This document shows, piece after piece, positions 49,536 through 62,013 of a stretch of DNA of 64,000 nt. The notes beneath the pieces were generated by a model. That model was not told the origin of the DNA. It did no database searches and worked only from the letters and a program-made list of their open reading frames with translations. How positions within the stretch are numbered: the first letter of the stretch is position 1; every line of letters begins with the position of its first letter. This DNA is from Octopus sinensis (Eukaryota). The DNA lies in the NCBI RefSeq assembly GCF_006345805.1, contig NC_043021.1:17360001-17424000 (forward strand), in the 5' to 3' direction. Both the position numbers and the translations under genes were made by a program.

Positions 49536-50341
49536 CACCACCACCACCTTCATTACAGGTTACACTCTTCTTGCACGGACGCATGCTCTTTCCAGAAACA
49601 GCAGCTAAATATCCCTCAGAAAGTCCCACATTACTCTACCGTATAAAAAAAAAACAAAACAAAGAAAGAAACGATACACTGGGCTCTGCCACGGTAAATC
49701 TAGTGCTCCCTGACAACACACACCACGCATACACACACTGGATGGTCACGGCTGGAATGCCGCCTTGCTCGATCAAGGAACATCTAACGGATGGGACCAA
49801 CCGCGACGACGACTACGACGACGACGGCGAGAGCTTCCACCATTCCTGTTTGTCTATTGATTCCAGCTCCCTACTACTACTATTACTACTACTACTACAT
49901 GGGGGCCCCTTTTATAACAAGCTCGCTCCCTTCCTATCAACTGAAACCCCAGCTCTATAACCCTCCCCTCCACGCACACACTCCATCGCTTGCTCCTATT
50001 TTTCTATCTTCTAAATATAGTACAGAAGAAGTTGGAAGGCGAGGCGAGCCCAGACAGACATAGACACACAGACAGAGAGAGAGAGAGGGAGAGAGAGAGA
50101 GACAAGGATCATACACACACACACACACAGAGGCATTTTTCCAGCCCCTACCATCTCCCCGGAGCGCAGACATCGTCGCCGCCGCCGTCGTACTGCCACC
50201 GCCGCCACCATAACACTTCCTCTCTTCACGCTTGCACACTTGTAACTTTCACCACCACCACCACCACCACCGCCGCCGCCGCCGCCGCCACCGTTCAAGG
50301 AAGAAGCCTCTCTGAGGCAGAGTCACTTGGAAACTCGTATA

Positions 50342-50790
50342 AGAAATAGCAGCTAAAATACCAATCAAATGATTCTCTACCGACCTGAAGGGAGAAGGCT
50401 TTGAACAACAATAACAACAACAACAACAAATGCATCCATTACACTTGTTACAACACCTTCAAAACCCAGAAATAGCAGCTAAATACCTCTCAAATGATTC
50501 TCTACCGACCTGAGGTAGGGAAGGCTCTAAACAACAATAACAACAACAACAAATAATAATAATAACAACAAATGCATCCATTACACTTGTTATAACACCT
50601 TCAAATCTAGAAATAGCAGCTAAATACCTCTCAAATAACCTATTAATCCTTAAAAAAATGTAAAATAGCAGGGATATTTTGACAGACGGGTGGTGGAGGT
50701 TTCAGGAACAATAACAACAATAACAAACACATAATCATAATAGGCTTGTTACAACACCTCTGCTAGAAATAGCAGCTAAATCTCCCTCAG
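50342..50790 (+). repeat. Degenerate tandem repeat, about 4 units of 125-155 bp starting agaaatagcagctaaa
   Basis: Unit starts at ~50342, 50468, 50609 and 50765, with internal (CAA)n. Confidence 0.75.
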
Positions 50791-51873
50791 ATCATAGAAT
50801 AGAATAAGAATAAACAAGGGGGGAAAGGAAAAACACACAGTAGACGATTTAGTTTTGGGGGTATAAGAAGTAAATAAATAAATAAATATGACTGGATGGT
50901 CGTGTGTGGAACGGTGAGTTGGTTCAGGTTTTATGACCTGGGTGGGGTTCAACAATAAAACTACCACCACAACTACTACAACTACTACTACCACAACTAC
51001 CACTACCACTACTACTACTACTACTACAACCATCACCACTACTACTACTACCACCATCACTACTACTACTACTACCACCATCACCACTACTACTACTACC
51101 ACCATCACCACTACTACTACTACCACCATCACCACTACTACTACTACCACCATCACCACTACTACCACCATCACTACTACTACTACTACTACCAATATTA
51201 CTACTACTACTACTACTACAACAATTACTACTAATGATCTCTACCACCACCATCACCACTACTACTACTAGCATGACCACTCTCACCACCACTACGGCTA
51301 CTACCACCGTCACCACTACTACTACTACTATTACTACTACCACCGTCACTACTACTACAACTACTACTACTACTACTAACCACCGTCACTACTACTACTA
51401 CTACTAGATTCAGTCTGATCCCTACTTGGGGCCCTGTTTCCTTTCCCCCCAAATCAAGTTTATGCAACATCAACCCCCACCCCACCCAACACCCCCATCC
51501 ATCACCACCAATTACAATAACAACAACTAGAACACCCACTGCTTACTTCCTCCCCTGTATTGGTGGTGGTGGTGGCGGTGGTAGTAGTACAGTAAGAGAG
51601 AGAGAGAGAGAGAGGGAGAGGAAAAGAGAAGGGGAGAGAGAAAGAAAGACAAAAAAAAACAGGGGGGGGTCTATGCCCACCAACCAACCAACCGGCCGGC
51701 CGGCCGGCCAACCAGGCACTCCCACCTTCACTTCCGCCACTACTACCACTACTACTACTACTACTACTACCACCGCCACCGCCGCCGCCATCATATTTAC
51801 ACATATCTGGAGTACAGCTGCACTGTAAGACAACAAACATCACCACCACCGCCAACACCACTGCTACTACTAT

Positions 51874-51911
<38 letters not shown>

Positions 51912-52275
51912 TTACTGCTACCACTACTACTACTACCACCATCACTGCGGCTGCTGTTGCTGGTAAACACACACACACCCCCGACCCAACCTAGCCCCCC
52001 CCCCGGCTTCCTCCCCCCCACCCCGCCTGCCTACTCCAACGCCGCCGACCTTCCCCCCTCCCTGCTTCTACAGTCAACAGTCACTATGACCACCACCACC
52101 ACTACTACAACCCCCTCCACAACACACAACACACACACACTATGTATGTGCATTGTTGCTTTAGTTACCACCACACATGCATGTCAATACACCATCAAAG
52201 CGAGGTGTGTGCGTGAGGTTGCACATATAAACATGCCTGTTTACGAGTATGCGAGCGCGTGTGTATATGTACAAA

Positions 52276-52325
<50 letters not shown>

Positions 52326-52492
52326 CGCAGGAGTGGCTGTATGGTAAGTAGCTTGCTAACCAACCACATGGTTCCGGGTTCAGTCCCACTGCGTGGCATC
52401 TTGGGCAAGTGTCTTCTGCTATAGCCCCGGGCCGACCAATGCCTTGTGAGTGGATTTGGTAGACGGAAACTGAAAGAAGCCTGTCGTATATA

Positions 52493-52523
<31 letters not shown>

Positions 52524-53258
52524 AGTGTGTGCGAATATGTTTGTGTGTCTGTGTTTGTTTCCCTAGCATTGCTTGACAACCGATGCTGGTGTGTTTACGT
52601 CCCTGTCACTTAGCGGTTCGGCAAAAGAGAGCGATAGAATAAGTACTGGGCTTACAAAGAATAAGTCCCGGGGTCGATTCGCTCGACTAAAGGCGGTGCT
52701 CCAGCATGGCCGCAGTCAAATGACTGAAACAAGTAAAAAGAGTAAAAAGAGAAAAAAGAGTATATATATATGTGTCGGTGCCCCAGCATGGCCACAGCTC
52801 ATAAGCTGAAACTAGAATCAATCAATCATATATGTAGAGAGAGAGAGGGGGAAGGAGAAAGAGAAATGTCCACAAGCATGGGTGATACAACATAACAGTT
52901 TATCCAAGCACATATTACTCTCTTTTACTCTTTTACTTGTTTCAGTCATTTGACTGCGGCCATGCTGGAGCACCGCCTTTAATCGAGCAACTCGACCCTG
53001 GGACTTATTCTTTTGTAAGCCCAGTACTTATGCTATCGGTCTCTTTTTTTGCCGAACCGCTAAGTAACGGGAGACATAAACACACCAGCATCGGTTGTCA
53101 AGCAATGCTACGGGGACAAACACAGACACGCATATATATACATATACATATACATGACGGGCTTCTTTTCAGTTTCCGTCTACCAAATCCACTCACAAGG
53201 CTTTGGTTGGCCCGAGGCTATAGTAGAAGACACTTATGGTAGGCTATTGTAGAAGACA

Positions 53259-53302
<44 letters not shown>

Positions 53303-53489
53303 TATATATATATATATATACACATACATATATACACACACACATATATAATATATATATATATACACATACATATACACATACATATATATATATGTAT
53401 ACACATACATATATACATACATATATATATATATACACATACATATATACATACATTATATATATATACATACATATATATATATACAT

Positions 53490-53962
53490 ATACTACAAAA
53501 TTAGAGAATGGAGAAATATACTTAAATCAGTAAAACATCAACTATCCGATGATACTCAATCCATACTTTAATACACCATTACATATGAGTAAAGGCAATA
53601 CATAAAATGAAATGAGATATACATTTTCACTATTATAACAAATTTAATTTAATTCTCTGAAGAGGCCGTGGGGCATCCTTGTTAATGCCTCATTTATACC
53701 TGCCTTTATAGCTTATAGGTTAAATGAGGTATGACTGTCCTCACTGCCGAAACAGCTGTCAGTTTTGATTTATTTGCATATTATATTTGAAAATTTTTTA
53801 CTTATATCTCTTTATCTTTTTACTATTACTGTATATCTCATTTCATTTTATGTATTGCCTTACTCATATGTAATGGTGTATTAAAGTATGGATTGAGTAT
53901 CATCGGATAGTTGATGTTTTACTGATTTAAGTATATTTCTCCATTCTCTAATTTTGTAGTAT
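53490..53962. repeat. ~133-bp inverted repeats (53490-53623 / 53830-53962) flanking the hammerhead
   Basis: tactacaaaattagagaatgg...gagatataca versus tgtatatctc...ccattctctaattttgtagta. Confidence 0.9.
53651..53766 (+). ncRNA. Type I hammerhead ribozyme with ~85-nt stem II hairpin, GUC triplet; stem I weak
   Basis: ct-CTGAAGA-ggc...gcctcattta...taaatgaggt...gcc-GAAA-cagctg-TC-ag. Confidence 0.7.
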
Positions 53963-55702
53963 TAATTTACGGTAATATTATTACCTTTACCCATATAATG
54001 CAATAGATGAACTGATTGTTTGACAATTTTTAACATCTATGTATTATTTTTGTTGGGTACCTATCTAGCAGTATATTGGATATATATTATCCCATGGTGG
54101 GTTGAATTTTCAACCCCTATCTCATTTTATAACCTATATATACATATATATATATATACACATACATATATACATACATATATATATGTATGTATATATA
54201 TATGTATATATACACATACATATATACATACATATATATATGTATGTATATATATGTATATATACACATACATATATACATACATATATATATATACATA
54301 TATACATACATATACATATATATATATATACATATACATATATATACATATACACATATACATATATACATATACATATATATATATACATATATATATG
54401 TACATGTGCGTGTATGTACATAAGCAGCCACGTTTCTATGTGCGACAAGCTCATGCATTCTTTATTTGAATTGTGGATAATCCTCCAGTCTTTGGAATAA
54501 GTGGCTCTTTTTAATCATACATAATAAATCTTTTATCTTTTACCGGTTTCACTAAGCGGACCACGCCCACGCTGGGGCACTGCCTCGAAAAGCTTAATGG
54601 AATACATTAACTCCCAGTACTAATGTTTGATTTTTATTTCGTTAACGTCTGACACCTATTCTATTACTCTCTGTTGCTGGACTGCTAAGTTATGGGAATG
54701 TAAACAGACCGACACCGGTTGCCGAGTGGTGAGGGAGGGAGAAACGCAAACGTACACATATACACAAACACTCACATTTATACTTAAGCAACAGGCTTCC
54801 ACACAGTTTCCATCAACCCAAATTCACCCACAAGATACTGGTTGGCCCAGGGTTATGGTATAAAATACTTGACCAGAGGAGGCAAGTGTGACTGAACCAC
54901 AAACCACATGGTTTGTAGGTATATATATACATATACACACACACACACATATATATATATCCTTGTGTGTGGATTTGGTAGATGGAAACTGAAAGAAGCC
55001 TGTCGTATATATGTATATATATATATGTGTGTGTGTATATATGTTGTGTATCTGTGTTTGTCCCCCCCAAAAATTTCTTTGACAACCGATGCTGGTGTGT
55101 TTAGGTCCCCGTAACTTAGCGGTTCGGCAAAAGAGACTCATAGAATAAGTACTAGGCTGACAAAGAATAAGTCCAGGGGTTGATTTGATTCGACTAAAGG
55201 CAGTGCTCCAGCATGGCCACAGTCAAATGACTGAAACAAATAAAAGAATATCTATTATATAAAATCCGTTCTGTCTGTCTGTGTGTGTGTCTTCTAGGAT
55301 CTCGGGCATCCTCCATCCAATTGCGCTCAAAGTTGATCTGTAGATACCGACGGTATCAGGGCGTGTATAAGTCTTGAAAAAGTTACAAAAATTTATTCCA
55401 GGTGAGAAAGTGATTGATAAAGCCGTGGGAACGTGCATTTGTAAAATCGTTTTTCTTGGAATAGAAAAAAGGCTATCTTTATTTCTTCTTTTGCTGGTGT
55501 CTCAAATTTAGGTTAAATCAGTGTTTCTGAAAGGGGAGGCCTATGGGACGGTCAGACAGGTTGTTTTGAGAAAATTTGGTTTAAATGTTTGACAACTTAG
55601 CACCATCCATTGGACGGGGGGGGGGGGCTTTTGCTCGTAAATATATATATATATATGGCAAATGAAAGACGGAAGATGGAATATATGAGAATTTATTATC
55701 TA

Positions 55703-55808
55703 ATCACGACAATTGTTTCGACACATTTAGCATCGATCCCTCATGCGTGGAACACTCCACAACTGGTTCAGGATCATCTGGTGGAGCAGGTGTGTCTCAT
55801 CAGGTGAT
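55703..55808 (-). ncRNA. Type I hammerhead ribozyme, canonical core, long stem II, GUC triplet
   Basis: atcac-CTGATGA-gacaca...gatcct...gggatc...tgtgtc-GAAA-caattg-TC-gtgat. Confidence 0.85.
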
Positions 55809-56189
55809 AGATAGACAGTACCACAATGTAACTTCTCATTAAGCTACCAGGTGTAAACCATTCATTTCATTATCCAATATACATATATATATATATTTGA
55901 TTTTTTGATTTTTCCAGTTTCAGCTAATGAGCTGTGGCCATGCTGGGGCACCGCCATATATATATATATATATATAAAAACTGTACTTGGAGAAGAAGAA
56001 ACGAAACGAAACGAATTGAATCGAATCGATGCGAGGGCGCTCAGTCATACAATAGTGTAATGAATAAAATATATGCATACATATATATATGTACGTAGCT
56101 TTATGAAAATAGACAAAAGACGAAGGCAGGTGGAAAACAAACGAACAATTGTATTAGTATGGCGCTCAGGAAATATAAATAAAACAAGT

Positions 56190-56225
56190 CTTTAACGTTT
56201 CGAGCCTACGCTCTTCAACAGAAAG
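56190..56225 (-). ncRNA. Minimal hammerhead-like motif (CUGUUGA variant)
   Basis: cttt-CTGTTGA-AGAGC-GTAG-GCTC-GAAA-CG-TT-aaag. Confidence 0.5.
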
Positions 56226-56462
56226 ATACACAGAGAGAGAAAAACACAGAAAGAAGGAGAGAAAAAAAATGCGTGCAGTAGCTAACGAATCAACATGGCG
56301 ATCTGATTTCGGCCAGAGGTCAAAGATCAAACATGAGACGCGAGAGCGAAATAAGGGGAGATAATAGGGTTGATAAAAGGGTTGAGGGACCAGCTAAAAG
56401 TGCGTGGGAGGGGTCTGGATGTGTGTATGTATAGGGTTGGTGTATGTATTAGTATGTATAAG

Positions 56463-56497
<35 letters not shown>

Positions 56498-56976
56498 GTA
56501 TGAGAGAGTATTAGTGCGTAAGATTGGTCTGGACATGCGTATGTATGGGGTTGGTGTATGTATTAGTATGTATTAGTACGTATTGGTATGTATAGGTATG
56601 TGTGTGTGTGTGTGAGAGAGTATAAGTGCGTATGCGGGGTCTGGACGTGTGTATGTATAGGGTTGGTGTAAGTATTAGTATGTACTAGTATGTATTAGTA
56701 CGTATTAGTATGCATATATAAATATATATATGTGAGTACAGGACACCACAAATAGACGTAGAACTCAACGAGAAACGAAAACGTAAAAACAAGCATGGAA
56801 CGGACCATTTTTTACAACGAAAAAACAGAGTACAAGACAAACTAAACAAGGAAAAAAAACCCTTCATCAGCTGTCCCTAGTTCAACTCCAAACAAGAAAG
56901 CACAAAAAATCACAACGCGAGGACATGGAACAAATATAGTATTATTGGACACTCAGGAAAGAAGGAAAGAACGAGG

Positions 56977-57011
56977 GTTTAACGTTTCGAGCAGAGCTCT
57001 TCGTCGGAAAC
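56977..57011 (-). ncRNA. Minimal hammerhead-like motif (CCGACGA variant)
   Basis: gttt-CCGACGA-AGAGC-TCT-GCTC-GAAA-CG-TT-aaac; stem I covaries with cttt/aaag of the sister family. Confidence 0.5.
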
Positions 57012-57220
57012 ATAGGAGAAGGAAAGATCCAGAGAAGGGAAGACAGAGGGAAAAAAATCACCAACGGTACACACGAGGTCACATATATATATATATATAT
57101 ATCATCATCGTTTAACATCTGCCTTCCATGCTGGCATGGGTTGGACGGTTTGACTGGAGCCAGCCAGGTAGAAGACTACACCAGGCTACTGTGCCTGTTT
57201 TAGCTGGTTGCACTTCCTAA

Positions 57221-57275
<55 letters not shown>

Positions 57276-57606
57276 CAATGCATGTGTCGGCTTGTATCTC
57301 CTTGCCTTGACATGATGTGACAGTTGTAAACAAGTGTCACTGTTATACAAGCAGTGTCTCTCGTTTCCGATATTCTGCAAGGACTGTGTGTTTCTGGCCA
57401 GGGGGGAAATACTGTCTTGCTTGGAAACAGGGGAGGATTAATGAGAGGAAAGGCATTGAGCCAAAGAAAATCTTACCACACTAAATGACTCCATCCAAAC
57501 CAGACAGGCATGGCAGACGGGGAAGTAAAACAATGATGACGGTCATGATGATGATGATGATGGTCATCATGATGATAATGTTGATGATGATGATGCCTAT
57601 GTTGAC

Positions 57607-57639
<33 letters not shown>

Positions 57640-58173
57640 AATGATGGTCATCATGATGATAATGTTGATGATGATGATGATGATGCCTATGATGATGATG
57701 ATGATGGTGATGATGTCTATGCTGACGATGATGATGATGATGATGATGATGATGATAATGATGGTCATCATGATGATAATGTTGATGATGATGATGATGA
57801 TGCCTATGCTGACGATGATGATGATGATGATGGTGATGATGCCTATGCTGACGATGATGATGATGATGATAATGATGATGCCTATGCTGACTATGATGAT
57901 GATGATGATGTACACACATGGATGCAACAGGTTTCAGCACACTTTCCTTCTACCAAATTCCATTCGTAATCCTGAGTTTACAGTAACAGACACTTGTCCG
58001 GTGTGGCCGTGTGGCAACAAGCTTGCTCCCCAGCCACGTGGCTCTGGGTTCAGTCCCACTGCATGGTACTTTGGCCAACTGTCGTCTACTAAAGCCTCGG
58101 GCCAACCAAAGCTTTGTGAGTGGATTTGGTAGAGGGAAACTGAAAGAAGCTTGTTGTATATATATATATAGAT

Positions 58174-58210
<37 letters not shown>

Positions 58211-60684
58211 CATTTATGTCTGTGTGTCTGTGTTTGTCCCCCCACCATCGCTTGACAACCGATGTTGGTGTGTTTACATCCCCGAAACTTAGCGGTTTAG
58301 CAAAAGAGACTGATAGAATAAGTACTAGCCTAGAGTTGATTAGTTTGACTAAAGTTGGTGCTCCAGCATGGCTACAGTCAAATGACAAACAAACAAAATA
58401 TGTGTGTGTGCATGTGTGTGTGTATGTATAAATATGGGCTTCTTTCAGTTTCCACCTACCAAATCCACTCACAAGGCTTTGGTCGGCTCAAGGCTATAGC
58501 AGAAGACACTTGCCCAAGGTGCCACGCAGTAGGACTGAACCTGGAACCACGTGGTTGGGAAGCAAGCTTCTTACCACACAGCCATAATCCTCATCTCTGC
58601 TGATGTGATGATGTGGTGTTTTTGGTATGTAGTGTGTGTGTGTGTGTGTAATTAGTTGAATGTTGTCATTTAAGGGTGTGTCACTAATTAACCAATCATT
58701 AATTTGTCTCTCCCACCTGCTTTCTCTAGCCTCCCCCCCCACCATCACTACCTTCACAATTTCATTTCTCTCTAATTATCTCCTGTACCAGCCTCTCTCT
58801 CTCTTTCTTTCTCTCTCTCTCTTTCTTTCTCTCTCTCTCTTTTTCTCTTTCCCTCTCTTTCTTTCTTTCTCTCTCTCTTTTTCTCTTTCCCTCTCTTTCT
58901 TTCTTTCTCTCTCTCTCCCCAGTGTCTCTACCTCTGATCTGACTCTCCCTTTGCATTTAACCTTTCACAATCCAACCTCTTTCTCATCCTCTCTCTCTAT
59001 CTCTCTCTCAAACACACACACACACACACACACGTACACACACACACACACATCAAATACACAGTTGCCTCTTTTCATTCTCATTGTCTTTCTCTCTTTC
59101 TCTCCCTCCTTCTTTCTCTCCTTCCTTCTCTTACATTACAAACCATCATAGCTATGACTACAATAAGCCTATTGTCCTATCAAACCACCACCACCACCAC
59201 CACAACCCTCACCACCACCACCACCACCACCATTACCACAACAACAATGGAACCAGAATGGTCTGAGATTTAGGTGACATGCCTCCCCCACTCCCCATCC
59301 ATCTTTTACATTCACACTTTCACCAAGCCAACCAGACAAATCTCTATGTAGTCACTTAGTCTGCTAGAAATAGTAGCCAAATTTCCCTAACAACTCATTA
59401 GATACACACAACATTCGCATACACACACACAGCCGTTCAAGAATTTGGACCTGGAGATCTCCATTTCCAGCGACTTCGAGGGCCTCCTCCCAGTGGTGTC
59501 GGGCGTCAACAAAGAGCCCTAAATTTGAAATCATTATTATTATTATTATTATCATTATTATTATTATTATTGAGTGAGAGAGCAATGCAGGCAATCAAAG
59601 TGACACTGGTGTAAAATATACGAAGCCCAATATACCCATCATGACTACCCGTCTGATAAGGGTACACCAGGCACATGCATCACAACCATATGTGCACGAC
59701 AAGGTGATCTCATGCAGCTGCGGCCCAGTTAGAATTTTCTTCTGGTCGAGTAACCCATCCCGCTTAAAAGGTTGTTTACGGATGTTGAACGAAACACCCA
59801 TGTTTTCCAGAGGTGAATTATTCAAATCCCAAAGAATCCCTCTCAACACATGGCTATGATGCTCCCCCACTACTTCTGCTCATGATCAGAGATGCACATA
59901 TCATCAGCCAGTAAGGGACTTGCTCAACTGGATTATTATTATTATTATTATTATATTTAGGGCAGCATCATTAGCACGGAGCAAAACACAGCATTTTGTC
60001 TGTCTGTATGTTTTGAACTCAAATTCTGCCAGGGTTGACTTTGCCTTTCATCATTTCAGGGTCGATAAATTAAGTAAGTACCAGTCAAACACTGAGGTCA
60101 ATGCAATCAACTAGTCCCCTCCTGCAAAAGTTCAGGCCTTGTCCTTATAGTAGAAAGGATTATTACCTTGCGCACATAAGTGAAAGCAGGGTACTCTAAT
60201 CACTCATCTTTGTCTATGTGTTTGCAAAATTACTGGAAAATGGCTGAATGGATTTTCATCAAATTTGGCAGAAAAACTCATTGGGTGAGTTGCTAGAAAT
60301 GATGAACGTTTGGTTTGCTTATCTTCAAAAAAATAGATCGATAGCAACATTTTTCTTTAATGGCAAAATATGTAACTAATTCAATAAAATATATATATGT
60401 ATATATATGTAATTAAGATTCAGTTGTATTAGGTACTTAAATTGAGGCACCTCGTTAGGTCAATCTAATTTGCATACCCAAACGCTATCAGGTGAATATC
60501 AAACTCTGTGCAGAAGTGTTTGCACTTGATATTCTTGCAGTGTATGCAGATAACACGTCTCCAACTTAGTGAAGAGATCTGCTCTTGGTTATTCAGACAT
60601 GTCCCCTATATAAAAATACAAAAATATTTTTTTTGATAAAATTTCCAAAGTGCAGATTCCAGGGGAGGTGAATAAAATATCAAT

Positions 60685-60980
60685 GAGTAACGAAGATGTA
60701 CAGGTGTCAATTCATTGCGGTTGTTTCAAGCGACTCCTTTGATTGGTTAAGGAAAACATTACATCGTTGCAAAGAAGCCGTATTCGCCAGGTGACAGCAT
60801 AGACTTTAAACACAAAGGACAAGGCAACTGCTTTAAGATATTCCTATCACCAACGGAGCTCAAAGATTTACTTTGATTCCACTGCTATATCTTTGGTAGA
60901 ATGATGTAATGTTTTCATTAATCAATTAAAGGAGTGACTTGAAACAGCCATAGTGAATTAACACCTCATCTTTGTTACTC
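60685..60980. repeat. ~80-bp diverged inverted repeats with a ~130-bp spacer
   Basis: gagtaacgaagatg...aaaacattacatc versus gatgtaatgtttt...catctttgttactc. Confidence 0.75.
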
Positions 60981-61194
60981 CTCTCTCTCTCTCTCTCTCT
61001 CAGAGAGGGACAAGCACCTACACACAGATATACACACATGGCAGTAGGTTCTGCCTACCAAATTCAATCACAAAGCTCTGGTCGGCCCGGGACTATAGCA
61101 GAAGACACTTGCCCAAAGTGACATGTGGTGGGACTGAACCTGAAACCATGTAGCTAGGAAGCAAGCTCCCTAACCACACAGCCATGCCCGCATT

Positions 61195-61242
<48 letters not shown>

Positions 61243-61520
61243 ACAAACTTACTTAGAAATGGATGCGTGCGTTCCGTCATATAATAACAAATTAATAAAT
61301 AAAACATATGCATATATACATACATATATGTACAGACCTACATCTACATGTATATATAATGCATATATGGGTACAGGACACAAAAAAACGTTGAACACAA
61401 TGAGAAACGAAAAACCTAAACACAAAACCAAGGGAATGGACATTGTTCTTAAACAACGAAAAAATAGAGTACAGGACATATATATATATATATACATACA
61501 CACCTGATTAACATAACACA

Positions 61521-61632
61521 TTCCTGATGATTTGGGTAAACGTAGTTTTTGAATCTAATTCAAATTTATTACATATCATAGTAATGCAATTATACATTTG
61601 CTGGTGTTTATCTTCACGAAACAGCTGTTGAG
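61521..61632 (+). ncRNA. Hammerhead-like motif with long stem II (degenerate)
   Basis: ttc-CTGATGA-..gggtaaac...gtttatct..-GAAA-cagctg-TT-gag. Confidence 0.5.
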
Positions 61633-61932
61633 CACAAAGTATGAACTATATGTCAAATTTATGTTTTTCTGCAAAATATATATCTGTTTGTATATATATC
61701 TACATTTTATTCTTATAAATGCTTATTTATATAGGGTTTCATCATATGCCTACCTGTATACCCACACATATATGCACAAAATTATCTAAATCTATATTTC
61801 TGGGACTGGTTTTTACCCTTTAAATACTAACTCCAGTTTTTACATACTTTTTAATGCTTTTTTTTTTTGTCATCGGTGATCTTTACCATATATATAAATG
61901 CTTTCCCAAATAAAATTTCACTGTATTTTTGA

Positions 61933-62013
61933 AGCTCTGATGAAGCTATAAGGCAATACACAAGCACCTAGCTATGAGCACATGGTGTCTTAAAGCAGAA
62001 ACAACTGTAGGCT
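61933..62013 (+). ncRNA. Type I hammerhead-like motif with long stem II, GUA triplet
   Basis: agct-CTGATGA-a-gct.taaggca...tgtctta.agc-a-GAAA-caactg-TA-ggct. Confidence 0.6.

Noticed and set aside
57473-58132. Poly-His / poly-Met / poly-Ile ORFs
   Set aside because: Degenerate (ATG)n microsatellite with local duplications; open in several frames with no unique coding sequence.
60910-60960. HHR-like ggag-tga-ctt-GAAA-cagcca-TA within the inverted repeat
   Set aside because: Core CUGANGA is not recognisable; too degenerate to call.
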